A stretch of 64,000 bases of DNA from Coniocarpon cinnabarinum (taxonomy: Eukaryota), in contig JAVECO010000026.1 of assembly GCA_051942205.1 (NCBI GenBank), forward strand, positions 62,001 to 126,000, written 5' to 3'. The translations under genes were made by a program, and so were the position numbers. Every line of letters begins with the position of its first letter. Position 1 is the first letter of the stretch. The notes beneath the pieces were generated by a model, which was not told the DNA's origin, ran no database searches, and saw nothing but the letters and a program-made list of their open reading frames with translations. Below, piece by piece: positions 59,768 to 64,000 of the stretch.

Positions 59768-61895
59768 TTTGCAGCAAGAGATCCAGATTCGTCTATAGAT
59801 ACATCGTGTATGTAGACCAAGAGACCATTTTCATTACGCGCTTTTCATATGTTGATGGCAACGGCTAAAGACAGTGTCGTGGCTTTGCAAGTTCAGCGCA
59901 AGAAGCAACGAATAATCAAAGGCACCGGTAAAAGTAAAGCTACGCCTAAATTAAGAAATGAGAACTTATTGAGGTTTTGATAGTCGAATGTAACGCTTCT
60001 AAAAACCCGTGAAGCGCAGAGACGCTGAAAGGTAGACACTGGTCGTCATGGTCCTCTTGGGTCAAGAAGACTAGGTATTTGTGAATGAGTACTACCGAGG
60101 ATGTCACGTGCTTTGCCCTTGTTCCAGAAAACGGAGTTCGCTGTGTAGCTCAGTGTGACACTGGCGTGACTTCTTTCCATCTTGACCCAAATGCAAGATG
60201 CTCACTGGAACGAACATTCATGTCAAATGATGGAAGCAGCATATTGCGGCTAATGTGAAGACGGCAGCACGTCTATCCTGACGCTTCGTCATTTTGAAAC
60301 GCGTGCACTGATTCCTTCGTTGGTGGACTTTGTCCTCTTACGCATGCTCCAATCGCAAGACTCAGTTTGCGACTCGAAACACTCTGTGAGGCTCGCTAGG
60401 GACGGCTTGGACGGAAACTCCAACAGGGGGAGGGTTGCCCGATCCATCCGTAGCACTTGATTTGCCAGTGCACGTGGCAAACACAGCCCATAGCCTGACT
60501 GAACAAGACATGCGTCGCATGCAAGCCTCCAAGCCACGCGCTGACTATGTGTTTGGGCGTGGTCAAGAAGTCATGCAGGAATTCCTGCGCGTGTGGCCGC
60601 AAGGGGTGAAGAGGGCGTTGTACAACGTGGCAGCATATGGTATGACATTAATACGAGGATGCTATGCATTTCAAAAACGACAATGACAAAGGAGATCATT
60701 GCAGCGAACCGTTGACAAGGCGTCCCTTGACCGCGCCTGAACCATGATGCACAGGCTGTCCGCTTTGCTGCGTGCCCGTCAGTTGATAGCCAGATTGGGG
60801 TGAAGAATCTTTGCGGCCCATCTTGCTTCAGGTTGAGTCTGCCATCGGCCTGCTTTGTGTAACTTGACTCTGCAGTCTCTCCGCGGGTTCACAAAGTGAA
60901 TATTCACGGTGTGTCGCACGGCTCCAAGCCGTCATCTTTGACCAGTCGAAATAGCTCAGGAGTCCTCACGAGCAATGGACTCTGTAAGGCAGTGATGTCC
61001 AAGCCCGGGCGGGAAAACCCAGACCATGCAGATGTGTGAGACCAAAAATGGCTCTTGTAAGCGGTTTCAGGGTACAAGCCCCAATGATGATTGCGCGCGC
61101 TCCTTGCGCCATATCCCAAGATTGATCTGCAGTCAGAGAACTTGCTATATTCGAGACCATGACTCGGAGCAAACGGCGGAAGCGGAAGCATAACGGTTGC
61201 GAGTCGACGGGTGAGACGAGTTTAGCGGATCCTGGGGCATTGAAACGCGGCGTCAGGCACTCCATATGCACACGAATCGGCCATTTTCCGATGCCTTACC
61301 TTTACTGGGTTCAAGCAACTTAGGTCCCCGTCTGATGGTCGTCACCCTTGCAGCAGCGAGGGCTGTACCGATCGACCAGCACTAACGGCTGCCATGTCCA
61401 GCTCCACATGCCTCTTTCAATCAACAGAACGACAGGAGGTCCGGAAATCGAACGATGGAGAACTTGGAAGTGAATGTGATGAGAGGCGCGTAATGCGCCA
61501 GAGTGTTTCAGCAAAGTGGAGATTTCGACATATCATTCATCAGCGTGAAGAGTGACGCGGCTTCTGGCTGTCGGCAGCTGGAAGGCACTTCCGAGCACGG
61601 TGGAAGAGAGAGGTCTTGCGAACGCCCAGAGGCTGTGTAAGGCGTTAGCGCTAAAGGCTATCGAAATGATCTTCATCCGGAGCATTTCCCCCTGGACATT
61701 TGCGGCCGCGATGAGTAAAGGCCTGCGCACTTGGACTGTCAGAGGGCCATCACGAGAACGCAACGCCAACATGAGCTACTCCCCACACCCATCGCACACA
61801 TGCAGCTTGCGGTGCGCTCGTCCACTGGTGGCGTCAGCCTCGCACCAACTCGCTGTTGCGACCTTTGCCTTTCGCGTGCTTGGCTGGTGCCTGGC

Positions 61896-61921
61896 GTGGT
61901 GGTGGTGGTGGTGATGATGAT
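61896..61921. repeat. (GGT)n/(GAT)n trinucleotide microsatellite
   Basis: gtggtggtggtggtggtgatgatgat read directly. Confidence 0.8.
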
Positions 61922-62480
61922 AGTCCGTGGAGGGCCATCGAGTGCATTGTTTGTTTGGGTCGCGGGGGTGGCCCAAGGGCATGATGAGCCAATCGCGCCC
62001 GTTGACACTACTGCGACAAATTGAGCAGGGGCTGCAACGAGCAGCCGATGGCGTGTGCGCGACGGCTATCTGTAACAAATGATATACGGAATGGGATGGG
62101 CAGAACGCATTGCTGCGTGATTCGCATAGCTTCCGGCGTGTCTTTGCATGTCTAGGCCCTTCAACGCGGTAGTTTCGTCGCTGCACCACCTCCAGGGCTC
62201 TCTCCTCTGCGCTGCACAGGAGTGTATAAGGGAGGAATGCACTCCCGCCATGGTCACCGGCAAGTTGGGTATGACTGGTACCCGAACGGCAGTGCTCCGT
62301 ACACACTTGAGAAACCGCTGACGCGCCTCGTCGTCGACCGTGATTGCTGCGCCCTCTGCGTTGAAGCGACGTCTCCACCGGAGGAGGGGTTGGGATCGAA
62401 GGCGATGGCCTCGTCGTTGGGGCGCGATTTACTGCTGGCCGCGGGCGTGAGTCAGGGTGATAGCGTTCAGAGGCAGGGCC

Positions 62481-62507
62481 TGGACAGTGGACAGTGGACA
62501 GTGGACA
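62481..62507. repeat. 7-bp tandem repeat (TGGACAG), about 4 copies
   Basis: tggacagtggacagtggacagtggaca read directly. Confidence 0.85.
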
Positions 62508-62882
62508 TGCCATTGCCTCGGGATCTCCAGGCGGTCATGCACAGCCGTTGGTCTCATCGACGCACGGGCCGCCCTCCATCTCTTCCTCAGCTGATTCATT
62601 CGGCATTCGTCCCGTAGGCCATACGACATGGTTGGGAGCGCGCATGACTCGCGTGTCTCATGCGGCGCGAGTCGTGGCATGATCGCCCTCTGATTTGCTT
62701 CTTCGTTCCGGCTTCTATTCTTGCCATCTGGAACACTCCTCCAATCTCCCCTTCAGAGCATGCTGCGAACCTAGCCGTGCCATGACGGAGTCGACCAGGG
62801 GGAGCGTGTGTCCTCTTGCTGCGACCACCGGCCCCGAGGAGGACGTGGAGGACGTGAAGGAGCAGCGTTGTGTGACGACCGC

Positions 62883-62915
62883 CAACAACAACAACAACAA
62901 CAACACCACCACCAC
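62883..62915. repeat. (CAA)7(CAC)4 compound microsatellite
   Basis: caacaacaa...caccaccaccac read directly. Confidence 0.85.
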
Positions 62916-64000
62916 TCTGCTCGGGCGCGGGTGCACTCAGCCGCCACGTAGGTAGCCGGCAAGTGGTAGCGAAAGGGCAATGTCTCCATCTCGTCCTGCA
63001 CCGAGAGATTGCTGGCAGCAGTGTTAGTCTCGTTTCCAGACCGCCGACCTGGGGCCTTGACATTGAGCGCTGCCTTTGGTCCTAGTGTGCTCGTGTCCTG
63101 GTGATGCTGCCCTCGAGCAGCGATCCGCCCCGAGGCCCATGACTCTCGCCCTCTCCCTCTTGATGCACTCTGTATTGGCGTCTTGACTTGACGGTGCGCG
63201 GTGCGGCTGGCGACGTTGCACCTCCGGTCCGCCCACGGGCTCGTTATAGCAGTTGGGTCAGAGACCCAGAGACGGTGACCTCCAGGGCCACGCTTACGCT
63301 CGCTCCGTCGTGCGGTACATGCGTGCAATAGCAGCGTGAAGCAAAGCAGGTCGCAGCCTCCATCTCAGACACCAGACGCCCGCCAGACAAAAGGGTGACG
63401 TGATGCTCGAAATAACGCTGCAGCTGGTAATTTCCCTCAGAAGTGCAGCACTAAAACTGTGATGCCTCTACCCTTTCAGCCAGTCTGCCAGACTAGTCGT
63501 TTCACCCTGCTAATTGCTCGACGCTCTGTCCTTCACCTGGCTGCCCGGCCGGGCCTCTACCACGCTTTTCTTTCCCTCGACTCCCCCACACCTTGCAAAC
63601 TTTTCTTCCCTTCAGTAGTAGCAGCAGCACCGTCGAGATCCAGCAGCCGCGTCGACCGCTCGCTTCCTCTGCGCCGCCGCATTAGTCAAGATCTCCAGGA
63701 ACACCGTGTGCGTCCGCGACCTGCGTGCTACCATCCCAAGCCCACCCTCCGCCGCTGAACCACGGCACACGATACCTCTGCATCCCACGTCCAACTCCCA
63801 AGGCCCCAATACTTCGGCGACTCTTCCATTCTTCCATGATCTACCAACCACTGCGTCCATCACCCCTACCTTGCAGGGTTGCCGGCTGCACCTTGGTCTA
63901 GCCTACACCTATTAGCCCCGTTTGTCAGCCACCATCACCTATAGCTGTCTGCATAGGGGATGTCCCATCGTCTCTATCAGCATAGTGGCCACGACATCAG

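Noticed and set aside
60135..60210. tRNA A-box-like GTGTAGCTCAGT
   Set aside because: No downstream T-loop (GTTCRA) or acceptor-stem pairing.
61776..63328. Several 130-245 aa ORFs with poly-His/Val/Cys/Asn runs
   Set aside because: These are GC-rich non-coding sequence and trinucleotide microsatellites read in multiple frames, with no domain signal.

Overview
This is eukaryotic, intron-rich and gene-dense DNA from a filamentous ascomycete. A hex-1 Woronin-body gene places it in Pezizomycotina. About 28 protein-coding genes are supportable. Recognisable ones are 3-methylcrotonyl-CoA carboxylase alpha, a HAD hydrolase, a 2OG-Fe(II) oxygenase, HEX-1, Trs20, mitoribosomal mL60 and mS45, Sen15, a SET protein, a DHCR24-like oxidoreductase, an aspartic protease, a cutinase/AXE, Spt8, a Whi3/Scw1-like RRM protein and CCDC97; the rest are hypothetical. 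I found no tRNA, rRNA, CRISPR or recognisable transposon. Four observations stand out. (1) hex-1 has a spliced, AUG-less upstream in-frame extension of about 205 codons that may start at a CUG, just downstream of a hairpin. (2) A cryptic intron over the HAD hydrolase stop codon would create a C-terminal -ARF peroxisomal signal. (3) Two unannotated ORFs about 4 kb apart share a domain I do not recognise. (4) A uracil-DNA-glycosylase-fold-like gene has a single in-frame TGA. All family calls come from motif recognition by eye, and exon boundaries are manual predictions.
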